From a bacterium (lineage in GTDB: Bacteria; Zhuqueibacterota; Zhuqueibacteria; Oceanimicrobiales; Oceanimicrobiaceae): 64,000 nt of DNA. The stretch is taken from assembly GCA_046757165.1 (NCBI GenBank), contig JBHHXT010000003.1:1-64000 (forward strand), written 5' to 3'. The number at the start of each line of letters is the position of its first letter. Within the stretch, counting starts at the first letter, position 1. The position numbers were made by a program, and so were the translations under genes. The notes under the pieces were generated by a model that saw nothing but the letters and a program-made list of their open reading frames with translations, had not been told where the DNA came from and did not search any database. Below, piece after piece: positions 38,410 through 48,209 of the stretch.

Positions 38410-40890
38410 TCAGTATGAATCGCGCGCCTGCGCGATCTGAAAATTGAAATTCGAAAACAAGATTCGTTCAAAATTTTTCTTCAAAAGGTTGACCACTTGC
38501 TCCGCTGTTTGAAAACGGTTATCCGGTTGCTTTTCCAGACATTTCAGCACCAGGGCATCACAGAATCTCGGCACCTGGCTGTTGAGTGTCGACGGCGGCG
38601 GCGGGACGATGTTCAGGATGGCCTCGGCCAGACTCGGATAATTGCCCCCCATAAACGGGTGCTTGAGCGTCAACACCTGGTACATGATGACGCCCAGCGA
38701 AAAAATATCGCTGCGATTATCACCGCGTTGTCCGTGCAGTTGCTCCGGTGACAAATACAGGCGCTCGCTCTCGTCCTGTAAATTGTCATACTCATCAAAA
38801 AGCGTCCCAGGAATGAGAAAGTCCATCAGCTTGGGCTCCTCGTTACCTCCAAGCATGATGTTGTTTGGCTTCAGGTTCAAATGAAAGAATCCCAACCGGT
38901 GGCTATAAACCAGGCCCTTGAACACCTGGTAGATGGCTTTGATGAAGCGCTCGCCATTGAAATTGCCATTCTTGAACATGGCCGTGAAGGGCACCCCCTC
39001 GACGAATTCACGCGCGATATAAGTCAGATCCTGGTCTTCGTCCACTTCGTAAATGGTGACAATATTCGGGTGGTTGAGCTGCCCGAGCGCTGATGCAATC
39101 TGATAAAACTCCCGTTTCTGCGGGTTGTTGACCGGCAGCGAATTGAAGACTTCCGACTGGATGACTTTCAAGATGACAAATCGCTGTAAGTTGGTATCCT
39201 TTGCTTTGTACACTTTGATCGCGCCCTTACCCCCCAGTTCCGCCAGCAGCTCGAACCGACCCAATTTTTTGATGTACCCGAATTTGAGCTCATCAATTGG
39301 ATTGCGCCAGGCCACTTCAAACAGGCTCAGATTCTCCTGCAAGTATTTCAATTTGAACTGCCCGATGGCATTGACCTTGAACCGGTTGGAGCTCTTGATC
39401 TCACGGTAGGCTTTGGCGCTCAGAAAAATGCGGTCGGTTTTCTGGAACACTTTGCCGTACATGGGCTTGTCCTGTACCGAGAGATCGGGTTCACTAACGA
39501 TTCCGATTTTCAGCCCCGTACTCAGGTCGCGCAGCGTCTGTTCACTGTTGTGAAGCAACCCCTCGCGCGCATGATGAACCCCGATGGCGAGATGGACTTG
39601 CTCTTGCGGTTCGTTGACAAAATTGTAGCGATTCAAGATGTTGAGCAGGTCCACACAGAGAGATACCCCCTGAATGATGTCGTTGGTGAAAATCAGCAGT
39701 CCGTTGGCGGTTGCCCACACGTGATTGACCTGGTACTTCTCGAGACAATCGGTGAGCACCGCGAAGAACTTTTTGCGTATTTGATTGACTTGCTCCATGC
39801 CAAAATCTTCACATATCTGGTCAAAATTGCTCAGCTCGATGGTGACCAGAATTTCTGTGTCCGCCGCAATGTCTAAATGCTCGCTGGCCTCTTCCTCGCT
39901 GGAGAAGATGGCCGCGCCCTCTTTCTGAAAGTCGTCGTAGGTCAGCGTAGAGCGCGATGCACCGGCCCGTCTGCTCATGGTCTCAAACGGGCTGAGCCGG
40001 TTGAGGACTTCGCCGCTGAGATTGAAAGGTGGCGCGCCACCACGAGCTTGTCCCCCCTGCTCCTGAGTCTCTTCCAGGGAGTGGTAAGCGTAGATACTCT
40101 CGGTTTCAACGGTTTCAGCGCTTTCAAAGCTGCCCCAGTACTCCTTCTCGAACAGGAACCGCTTCAGCTCCAGATAAAAGCTGAGATCTTGCAGGGTGTC
40201 GAATTTCTTTGTTTGGTGCAAGTATTCCATCACCAGGTGGCGGTCGATGAAGCTAAACCGCTGCGGTTGATTCCGGGTCTCGCCATTGAACTTCTTTTCC
40301 AAGTAGGTCATACAAAGCTGTCCCGTCAGCACATAAGGGTTTTCCGTTGTGTCGATGAGCTTCTTGAGCAAGTTGATCGTCTCGTGGAACTGCGCCGTTT
40401 GCCACGAGCACCGCAGATGCAAGTCCACGGCTTGCGGGACATAGCCGGACTTGTTGAGAAGCCTGGCCGTCACGTGTCGGCATTTGTCATATTGCTGCTG
40501 GCGGAAATAAGCCATAGAGAGATGGTGCGCGATTTTGTCAAACTGCGCGCTCTCGCTCCGGAGCGCCATTTCATACACCTGCAGGGCGCCCGCATCATCT
40601 CGCCCTTCCTTCAGGAATGATCTTGCCAGCACCTCATAGATTTCTGCGTTGTTCGGCTCATACTGGATCGCCTTCTGGTAGATAGCAAGCGCTTTTTCGT
40701 CGAACTTTTTCAGGCCGATGAGCGCTTTGCTGAGCTGCGTGTAGATGTGCTTGTTTGCCACCCTGAACTGCAGCAATTGATTATAGCGCTTGACGGCCTC
40801 GCCGTACAACCCCTTCTCCAGATAGGCATCGCCCAGCGCCATGATCATGATCAGCAAATCCTTGTTGTTTCTTGCGTCAATCGTCGGCAT
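38410..40890 (-). CDS. TPR + degenerate class III cyclase-like domain + Ser/Thr pseudokinase (copy A)
   Basis: TIELSNF...ANGLL...LAIGVH cyclase-like pattern lacking catalytic Asp; kinase VILK, HLNLKPNN, DFL, YLSPE. Confidence 0.8.
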   Translation of the reverse strand: MPTIDARNNKDLLIMIMALGDAYLEKGLYGEAVKRYNQLLQFRVANKHIYTQLSKALIGLKKFDEKALAIYQKAIQYEPNNAEIYEVLARSFLKEGRDDAGALQVYEMALRSESAQFDKIAHHLSMAYFRQQQYDKCRHVTARLLNKSGYVPQAVDLHLRCSWQTAQFHETINLLKKLIDTTENPYVLTGQLCMTYLEKKFNGETRNQPQRFSFIDRHLVMEYLHQTKKFDTLQDLSFYLELKRFLFEKEYWGSFESAETVETESIYAYHSLEETQEQGGQARGGAPPFNLSGEVLNRLSPFETMSRRAGASRSTLTYDDFQKEGAAIFSSEEEASEHLDIAADTEILVTIELSNFDQICEDFGMEQVNQIRKKFFAVLTDCLEKYQVNHVWATANGLLIFTNDIIQGVSLCVDLLNILNRYNFVNEPQEQVHLAIGVHHAREGLLHNSEQTLRDLSTGLKIGIVSEPDLSVQDKPMYGKVFQKTDRIFLSAKAYREIKSSNRFKVNAIGQFKLKYLQENLSLFEVAWRNPIDELKFGYIKKLGRFELLAELGGKGAIKVYKAKDTNLQRFVILKVIQSEVFNSLPVNNPQKREFYQIASALGQLNHPNIVTIYEVDEDQDLTYIAREFVEGVPFTAMFKNGNFNGERFIKAIYQVFKGLVYSHRLGFFHLNLKPNNIMLGGNEEPKLMDFLIPGTLFDEYDNLQDESERLYLSPEQLHGQRGDNRSDIFSLGVIMYQVLTLKHPFMGGNYPSLAEAILNIVPPPPSTLNSQVPRFCDALVLKCLEKQPDNRFQTAEQVVNLLKKNFERILFSNFNFQIAQARDSY

Positions 40891-40906
40891 TGCAAAATTC
40901 GGCTCG

Positions 40907-41317
40907 TTAAAGAGCGAAGCTCTTCATTCGTTTTAACTCCTTGTCTACCGCCCGTTCGATAAGCTTGATCGCCTCCGCATCCTTTCTGCCCTCGATGATG
41001 TAGTGCTTGGCGACCAGCGTGTACAGCTCGTCCCGCCACTCAAATGGGATCTTGAATCGCAGGATAAGCTCGAATACTTTCATGGCGCGCCTGTCGCGAC
41101 GATTCTCGAGATAATAGATTCTTGCCAACTTTCGGTACACCTGCAACTTCTCCGGGCTCTGCTGCACCAGAGATTCCAGTATTCGGCCTGCTTTGCGGTC
41201 ATTGCCTCGCCAGAGCCAGATACTCGCCCGCAATTCCGGCGAAAGCCAGATAATGCCGAAAATCAGGCTCGAGACCAGCAAAACAATGGGCAAAACGAAC
41301 AGCTCCATCTTCGTCAT
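40907..41317 (-). CDS. Small TM + TPR-like protein
   Basis: N-terminal TM; LA-x-x-Y-x-LE-x-RRD-x-x-A-x-K-x-FE pattern shared with the tail of 19482-21320. Confidence 0.75.
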   Translation of the reverse strand: MTKMELFVLPIVLLVSSLIFGIIWLSPELRASIWLWRGNDRKAGRILESLVQQSPEKLQVYRKLARIYYLENRRDRRAMKVFELILRFKIPFEWRDELYTLVAKHYIIEGRKDAEAIKLIERAVDKELKRMKSFAL

Positions 41318-41392
41318 TCCGTTTCCACCGAAGAGTTTTCAGTGGCGTTTATTATTCTCCCCTCCAGCGCAGGTCCAACCACCAGGCAGCCC

Positions 41393-42751
41393 CTATTGTA
41401 GAACAGGTAGCTGCACTCCCGACACTTTGCGAATCACATTGTTGGAGGAATCAATTAAGAAAATCGAAAAGTCCCCGCTGATGAGTGGCGTGTCATCCAG
41501 GCGATAGGGATGAATTCTGTCAATTACGGTCCCTCTTTCATCGAGCTGTGCTGTTTGATAGTCTTTCAGGCTATTGAAAAACACCACAGCCAGAACGGCA
41601 TCATCGCTCAGTGTGGAGCGAGTAATTGGCTGCGTCTGCGAAGCGATGAGGCTGCTCGAGTTTGCAGCGTTCGCCGGCAGCGCAACTTTCGTCTGGCGCG
41701 ACCCGCCGGAGCGTGAAGCGGCCATCCGTGCTTTGGGATTGAAGTTTTGTAACGCCATGCCCAGCATAAAACAGAGCAACCCGGTGAGCAAAACCAGGCC
41801 GGGAACCATAAACCTACGTCGATGAATAGTCGTCATGAGCGAATGCTGATTGGTTTGAAGTTGTGGTTCACTGTAGTTGTCATGGATGAATCTGTCTATT
41901 TTCTGACTTAGTTTATTCTCTTCTTCCGCAATGGTGGTCGAGAGTCCCTGCCGCCTGGTGTCCTTGCTATCCTGGCTGACGCGGGCGATGGCAACAGTAA
42001 TGTTGTCCGAGCCGTCTCGCCGCATCGCTTTCTGTATCAGCTTGCGCGTGAGGGCGTCGAGCGAGCCGTGGTTGCGCTCGAAGAGTCTCTTGATATCCCT
42101 GGGGCCTACCGAATTGTGCAGACCATCGGTGCACAGAATATAGGTGTCGTCTTTCTTGTACTTCTCACAATGGATATCTATTTTCACCGTGGGCCCCGTG
42201 CCCAAGGCGCGCGTGATGACATTTTTTTGTGCAAATGTTTCGATCTGCTCTTCATTGATTTCCTTGTCTTCGATCAGCTCGTTGAGCCAGGAGTGGTCTT
42301 CGGTGAGTTGAAAGACCTCCTGGTCGCTGACGCGGAAGATTCTGCTGTCCCCGACGTGCACCATGGTCGCAAATGACTTATCGAGCGAGAGTGCGACCAC
42401 CGTTGTGCCCATGCCACGCAACTTGCTGAACTGAGTCGAGATATTGTAGATTCTCCGGTTGGCCAGGCGTACCGCTGCGATGAGCCGGCAGGACGAACGC
42501 GCCAGAGTGAGCTCCTGCTCGTACAAGAAGTGCTTGACCAGCTCATCATCCATATGCTGGTAAATGTCCTGAATGGTCTCGACCGCGATCTTGCTGGCCA
42601 GACCGCCGGCAACTTGTCCCCCCATGCCGTCACAAACGATCACCAGGTTTTCGTCCTTCGAGATGTAATAGCTGTCCTCGTTGGCTTTCCGGACTTTGCC
42701 GACGTCGCTGTAGACCGCTGTTGTGGTTGTGATCCGTTTTTCTTTCAGCAT
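41393..42751 (-). CDS. PP2C (Stp1/PrpC-type) Ser/Thr phosphatase with TM
   Basis: R-x-x-NEDS, CDGMGG, HVGDSR, NVITRALG, CTDGL, DNIT; TM near aa 315-335. Confidence 0.9.
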   Translation of the reverse strand: MLKEKRITTTTAVYSDVGKVRKANEDSYYISKDENLVIVCDGMGGQVAGGLASKIAVETIQDIYQHMDDELVKHFLYEQELTLARSSCRLIAAVRLANRRIYNISTQFSKLRGMGTTVVALSLDKSFATMVHVGDSRIFRVSDQEVFQLTEDHSWLNELIEDKEINEEQIETFAQKNVITRALGTGPTVKIDIHCEKYKKDDTYILCTDGLHNSVGPRDIKRLFERNHGSLDALTRKLIQKAMRRDGSDNITVAIARVSQDSKDTRRQGLSTTIAEEENKLSQKIDRFIHDNYSEPQLQTNQHSLMTTIHRRRFMVPGLVLLTGLLCFMLGMALQNFNPKARMAASRSGGSRQTKVALPANAANSSSLIASQTQPITRSTLSDDAVLAVVFFNSLKDYQTAQLDERGTVIDRIHPYRLDDTPLISGDFSIFLIDSSNNVIRKVSGVQLPVLQ

Positions 42752-42767
42752 GGTTTATCAGCGCAGC

Positions 42768-45530
42768 TCAATAATAGCTCAGCTTGCTTCTGGTTCGCCT
42801 GACACCGAACTGCAACCCCACCACCAACAAAATGGCGACCAAAGCCGAAGCCATGTAAGCGAAATAAATGCCACTGTTTCGTTTCAGGGCTGAGGCAGCG
42901 TTCGTGTGTTTGCTGTTGCCAAACGCCTGTCCCCAGACCACCCGTTCGGGCGTGCGACTGTTGCTGTTGAGTTTATAGAAGCGCCCATCTTCTCTCAATA
43001 CCAAAATATCGAGGGTGTGGTCATTATCAAGGTCACCGATCAGAGGCTGGCTAACCAGTTTTGACTCACCTGCCGGATGGGTGATCAGCGTTCTTCCGGT
43101 GGCGCCGTCGAGAATATAGAGCGTGCCACGTTGGCCGGTGACCAGGACATCCAGCGTGCCGTTTTTGTCGAAATCGGCCAGAATGGGCTGGCCGATGAAG
43201 AGGTCGTTGGATGGGGTCCGGAATTCCCACCAGACCATTTTCCTATCCCGGCCTGCACCCGTACCCTCGAGAGCAATCAGCCTGCCCGCGGAAGTCTGGC
43301 TCACGACGTCCGCCAGGTTGTCGCCGTCCAGATCTCCCAGCACGATCCCCTGCGATCCGGCCCCGGCTTCAGTTGCCAGACTATCGTTGAGCGAATACCA
43401 CATTCTGTGCAGACTGGCGCCGTCGAGCGCCAGAATATTTCCCTGTTCAGAATGGATGGCCAGGTCTGGGAGAGTATCTCCATCGAGATCCGCCACGGCA
43501 ACCGGGCCTCGAACTTGGTTGTTCTGGTCAAAACTGCCAATGGCTTTGTTGAGTTCTTCGTTCACATTCAGTTCTTTCGTGATTTTTTGCTCGACTGCGT
43601 CGATCAGGAGCACTTTGCCGGTTTCGGTGCCGATCAGCAGGGTCGTTAACCCGTCCCCTGTTCTATCGGCGACGCTGATGATCGAAAGAACCGGCACCTG
43701 CAAATCCATCTTGACCCAGCGCAGGGTTCCCAGATTGGAAAGCCCGATGTAGACCGCGTTCTCGACCGAGGCGACCGCCACATCTTTCAGACCGTCACCG
43801 TTGAAATCGGCGACGACCGGAGGCCCGGTAAGGGGGCCTGCCAGGATTGGGCTTTTCCAGATTTCCAGCCCCCATTTGCCGTCGATGGCGTGCACGCGGT
43901 CGTCGGTTGATATGACGACGAGATCTGGCAGTCCTTTGCCATACAAGTCTTCGACCACGACCGGGAACTCCTGAATGGCTTTGAAATCATAGTTTGTCCA
44001 CAACGGGTCCTTGGACCGCCCGTTGATGCAGTTCAGAAGCCCCTTGTTGTTGACGTAGATCAAGTCCACAGTTTCATCGCCGTTGACATCCGCAATGGCT
44101 GGATGAATGGCAAAACTGACCCTCTCCCGGGGCTCGAATTTTGAATCGATGTCGCTCGCACCCCACACGGCCTCAGAGAGTTGCAATTCACTCGGCCGAC
44201 TGGTAATCAAACGTCTGTTTGCAAACGATTCTCCAAAGACAACAAGCGCCAGCAAGATCAGCAGAGCCGAGACCGCGTTGAACAACGGCAGTCTGTAGCG
44301 TACCGTCCATCCCCCCGCCTTGCGCGGGAAGGAGTAGTCCCAGTCCCCCTCTTCAACCATCCTGAGAATATGACTTTTGCCGTCGCTCTTGATTTCAATT
44401 TCATCTCCCGCGCGGATTTGCACCTCGTGGTTGATCTCGAGCATGCGCTGGTTGAGCCAGGTTCGACTTTTGCTCCGCTTGTCCGAAAGATACCAGCGGT
44501 TATTCTTGAATCTTAGCGTCGCATGTCGTCTCGAGATCGATTGGTCGAACTTGCCCCTGGAATTCTTTTTGAGGACGATATCGTTGAGTTTTCTGTCGCG
44601 ACCAATTCGGGTTTCGGGTTCCTTTATTTTGAATTTCCGGCCCAAATAGTAGCCGTAAATGCCCAGAAGATACGCGGCCTGCGTTTCTAGTGGGCTGCCG
44701 GTCACCGCTTCCTCGGGCTTTTCGGTATCGGTGTAGAGGTCGACGGTAATGCCGCTGTTTGTGCCTTCGGGTTCCAGCGTTTCAGGGACGAGGTCACCGC
44801 CGATCAGAAAGTCCTCCGCGGCAGCGTCTGCCAGGCTCGTGCCGCCGTCCGGGTATCCGGGGCCGGGCTGTTCTTTCAAGTCGAGTACACCGTCTGGGTG
44901 GCCATACCCGTTAGCGCCTTTTTGGCCGGAGGTATGGCTTGCCGGATACTGTTCAGCATGTGACGTCGCCGGATGGTCGCTCATCCCGGGTTGGCCAGAC
45001 CGGCTGGTCGTTGCCCCATTCTCCGTGTGCCATGACGATAGCTTGAGCTGAGTCGCCGGCGGTTCACGGTTGGTTGCCAGCCAGTCGTTGAGCTGGACCA
45101 GGGATGGCACGCCGACCATTCGCTCAGCGATATTGGGGCGTGGTCCCTGGGGACTGCTCGTGCTCCTCACCGGGCGCGCAGGCTGAGCGGCCGGTGTAAC
45201 ACCAACAACCGGCAGTTCGATACCAGGGCCTGTCTCCGAGCCCAAAAAGACGATGGTATGTTTTCCTAACTTGACTTCGTCGTAATCGTGAAGGGGTGTT
45301 CGCTGCGAGATTTTGTGGCCATTGACAAATGTACCCCACTGGCTCTGCAGATCCCGCACATAGTATTGTCCGTTTTGTTGTTCAAACTGAAGATGGAAAA
45401 AAGATATAACTTCATCATTGATGATTATGTCGTTTCCTCTCTCACATCCGACAGTGAATGCCTCCATCTCGTCGGGAACTGCCAGTTTTTTTACCACCTG
45501 GCTCCCCTTTTTTATCACCAATTTCGGCAT
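42768..45530 (-). CDS. Tandem FHA - TM - FG-GAP beta-propeller - TM protein (copy A)
   Basis: Two FHA-like domains (second has IGRD...ISRRHA), ADVNGD / ADFNGDG / GDLDGD repeats, two TM segments. Confidence 0.85.
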   Translation of the reverse strand: MPKLVIKKGSQVVKKLAVPDEMEAFTVGCERGNDIIINDEVISFFHLQFEQQNGQYYVRDLQSQWGTFVNGHKISQRTPLHDYDEVKLGKHTIVFLGSETGPGIELPVVGVTPAAQPARPVRSTSSPQGPRPNIAERMVGVPSLVQLNDWLATNREPPATQLKLSSWHTENGATTSRSGQPGMSDHPATSHAEQYPASHTSGQKGANGYGHPDGVLDLKEQPGPGYPDGGTSLADAAAEDFLIGGDLVPETLEPEGTNSGITVDLYTDTEKPEEAVTGSPLETQAAYLLGIYGYYLGRKFKIKEPETRIGRDRKLNDIVLKKNSRGKFDQSISRRHATLRFKNNRWYLSDKRSKSRTWLNQRMLEINHEVQIRAGDEIEIKSDGKSHILRMVEEGDWDYSFPRKAGGWTVRYRLPLFNAVSALLILLALVVFGESFANRRLITSRPSELQLSEAVWGASDIDSKFEPRERVSFAIHPAIADVNGDETVDLIYVNNKGLLNCINGRSKDPLWTNYDFKAIQEFPVVVEDLYGKGLPDLVVISTDDRVHAIDGKWGLEIWKSPILAGPLTGPPVVADFNGDGLKDVAVASVENAVYIGLSNLGTLRWVKMDLQVPVLSIISVADRTGDGLTTLLIGTETGKVLLIDAVEQKITKELNVNEELNKAIGSFDQNNQVRGPVAVADLDGDTLPDLAIHSEQGNILALDGASLHRMWYSLNDSLATEAGAGSQGIVLGDLDGDNLADVVSQTSAGRLIALEGTGAGRDRKMVWWEFRTPSNDLFIGQPILADFDKNGTLDVLVTGQRGTLYILDGATGRTLITHPAGESKLVSQPLIGDLDNDHTLDILVLREDGRFYKLNSNSRTPERVVWGQAFGNSKHTNAASALKRNSGIYFAYMASALVAILLVVGLQFGVRRTRSKLSYY

Positions 45531-45541
45531 TTACTTAAAGC

Positions 45542-48118
45542 TTAGTTTGAAGGAAAGATTTCAAAAACTAAGTTCGTTGTATCGCCAGCCCGCGCGATAA
45601 CCGTCCGGCTCAGTTCGTTGTACCCCGCTTTCTTGACTTTGAGCACGTAGTTGCCCGCTGGCAGCCTGCCAATTCCTTCCCCGTTGACATCGGTTTGGTC
45701 GAGGAACGTCTCCTTTGAGCGTATCGGTTCTGTGGCGGTATAGTAGATGTCCGCCCCCGGGATGGGCACTTCGGTCAAGGCATCCCGTACCGATATTTCA
45801 ACCATCGTCTTCAGTGGGGGCATCTCGACAACCACAGAGTGGGCCGCTCCTCCAACCCTGATTTGCTTTCGTTCATACCCCGGCTTCGAGAAAATCGCAG
45901 TCAGGGAATAGGCCGGCAGAACGATCTTGAAGGGTGTTTGTTTGCCTCCCCTGCCCAGGTCCCGGTTGTTATGTCTAATGCTGATGAGCGTCGCACCGAT
46001 ATCCCCTCGTTCGCGGGTACTGCTATCGCGAGCCGAGAATCGAACGCTGCGTGAAAGCACGACATTGACGCGCTCACTTGAAGCCTCATCCACCACCACC
46101 GTGAGTGTTTTGCTGATAAAGTTGTCCTTTCGCATTTCCAATTTGTGACGGCCCATTGGAAGCAAGAGCCCGTCACGATTTCCGGCCATGCCAATCATCT
46201 GGCCTGTCTTGCGGTCAACGATCTCTACCCCGGATGGCACCGATTCGATGAACACCCGTTTCCTGAAAATTCCGGTGATAGCATACTTCCTGTAAGTATC
46301 ATTATATACGATCAACTCCCACAATCTGCGGTCATCGACTTCATCGAGTCCTGAAATTGTGTCGAGAGAATATTCGGCGAGTTTTTCGAACCCTGAACGC
46401 TCCAGTTCGATGGCGAGCGGGTGGCCAACTTCCCAGGTAATGGCGCACGGCGTGCGCTGGTTCAGGCGAATGCCGTTGATATAGACCTGAGCGCCCGGCG
46501 GTTCGGAAGCAATTTCAACCTCGGTGGTAAACCGGAACAAATAGGTTTGATTCCTATCCCCTTCGGCTTCGCCCTGGACGCGAATGTCGCCCTCTCTCGG
46601 CACGAACAGGGATTTGACAATGGGTTTGTAGCCGGCCAGACTGAGTTCCAGTTTATGCACCCCCGGAGCGATCTCATCGATAGCAAGCGGTGTCGTGCCC
46701 GCTACTTTCTTGTCGTCGAGAAAGAGCGTGGCATTCTCGGGCACGGTGGTGATTTCGATCGCGGGCGGAAAAACAACGTCATAGAGCCAGAGTCCAGCCC
46801 GGGTCCAGTGGTTCATGGTATCGAGAGCAAGGAACCCGGCAACGGCAATCATTAGGCCGATACAGGCTTGCACAATCCGTTTTTTGTTGTTTCTCGCTGA
46901 GATTCGCAGGACATCGATGACGGTCTTCAAATCCTCTTCGCCCTCGCCCTCGAATTCCATGGTTGAAAAATCTGTTGGAAATTGTTGCTGTGCCGGCCGC
47001 GTTCTATCCGGATACGATGGGCTCGCGTGCTTTGGCTGCAGGCGAGCCTCTGGCGGCAGCACAGGGGTTGGGTTGGCCATCTGCCAGTTGACCGAAGAGG
47101 CCAGGCCCGGGTCCTGTGACGTAAGCGGGCTGGATTCGAGCTTTTCTGGTGTGGTCGTGCTATAGTTTGGCGGAGTGATCGGAGGCGTCTGCACGGTAAA
47201 CTGGTCGGCGAGATGTGCCGCCAGGTCGTCCATGAGCTCACCCGTCTCGTTGCTGGCGATCAGGTACTGCAGCAAATCGATGTACATGTGGTTGGCGCTC
47301 TGGTAGCGCTTCGACAGGTCGATTTCCAGGGCCCGCAACAAAATCTTGACCAGGGCGTGGGGAAGTCTCTTTCCTTTCAGGGCCTTTTTGAACCACTTCG
47401 GATTCTTGCCCGCTGCGATCACCTCCTCCTGCGAGGTAAACAACCGTTCGCCGGTAATGGCTTCGAACAGCACCAGGCCCAGGGAAAACAAATCCGAGCG
47501 GTGGTCGGGGTGATTGCCCATGATGAGCTGTTCCGGTGCCATGTAAGGAATTTTGCCGCGCAGCTTGCTGTCCTTTTTGGCCTTGTGATGGCGCCGCACC
47601 GACGCAATGCCAAAGTCGATGAGTTTGACCGCGCCATAGCGGGAAATCATGATGTTGGACGGAGAGATATCCTGATGCACCAGGTTTAGCGGCTTGTTGG
47701 TGAAGGCATCACGTCGTTGATGCGCATATTCGAGCGCCATGCAGATTTCCGACACGATGTAGATCCCGAGGTGCGCCGGCATTTTCTGGTTGTATTTTCT
47801 GGCGTGACGGTTGATTTTTTCCAAATCGATACCGTCGATATACTCCATGATGATATAGAGATGTCTGTCGGTGGTCTTTTTGAGCTCGTAGATGTGAACG
47901 ATGTTGTTGTGGCTCAGCTTGGCGATGTTGAGCGCCTCTTCCTGGAACATGTCGAGGTACTTCGGATCATCTAACAGGTTTGGCGCGATCTCCTTGATGG
48001 CGACGGGTTTGTTGAGCTTTCTGTCCATTCCGTAGTAAACAATTCCGAAGCCACCTTTCTTAATCTCGCGAACGATCTCGTATTTCTCATCTAACATCCG
48101 ATTGCCATGAAGCGTCAT
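45542..48118 (-). CDS. Membrane Ser/Thr kinase with PEGA repeats (copy A)
   Basis: KGGFGIVY, VAIKE, HQDISPSN, DFG, YMAPE; TM; PEGA repeats. Confidence 0.9.
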   Translation of the reverse strand: MTLHGNRMLDEKYEIVREIKKGGFGIVYYGMDRKLNKPVAIKEIAPNLLDDPKYLDMFQEEALNIAKLSHNNIVHIYELKKTTDRHLYIIMEYIDGIDLEKINRHARKYNQKMPAHLGIYIVSEICMALEYAHQRRDAFTNKPLNLVHQDISPSNIMISRYGAVKLIDFGIASVRRHHKAKKDSKLRGKIPYMAPEQLIMGNHPDHRSDLFSLGLVLFEAITGERLFTSQEEVIAAGKNPKWFKKALKGKRLPHALVKILLRALEIDLSKRYQSANHMYIDLLQYLIASNETGELMDDLAAHLADQFTVQTPPITPPNYSTTTPEKLESSPLTSQDPGLASSVNWQMANPTPVLPPEARLQPKHASPSYPDRTRPAQQQFPTDFSTMEFEGEGEEDLKTVIDVLRISARNNKKRIVQACIGLMIAVAGFLALDTMNHWTRAGLWLYDVVFPPAIEITTVPENATLFLDDKKVAGTTPLAIDEIAPGVHKLELSLAGYKPIVKSLFVPREGDIRVQGEAEGDRNQTYLFRFTTEVEIASEPPGAQVYINGIRLNQRTPCAITWEVGHPLAIELERSGFEKLAEYSLDTISGLDEVDDRRLWELIVYNDTYRKYAITGIFRKRVFIESVPSGVEIVDRKTGQMIGMAGNRDGLLLPMGRHKLEMRKDNFISKTLTVVVDEASSERVNVVLSRSVRFSARDSSTRERGDIGATLISIRHNNRDLGRGGKQTPFKIVLPAYSLTAIFSKPGYERKQIRVGGAAHSVVVEMPPLKTMVEISVRDALTEVPIPGADIYYTATEPIRSKETFLDQTDVNGEGIGRLPAGNYVLKVKKAGYNELSRTVIARAGDTTNLVFEIFPSN

Positions 48119-48209
48119 CCTAGCCGTCGACCTTTTGGAGAGTTTTCCTGATTAATAGACAGAAGGAAAGAAAATCCATTGTAAAAACCGCTTGATTTGT
48201 GTGACCATT

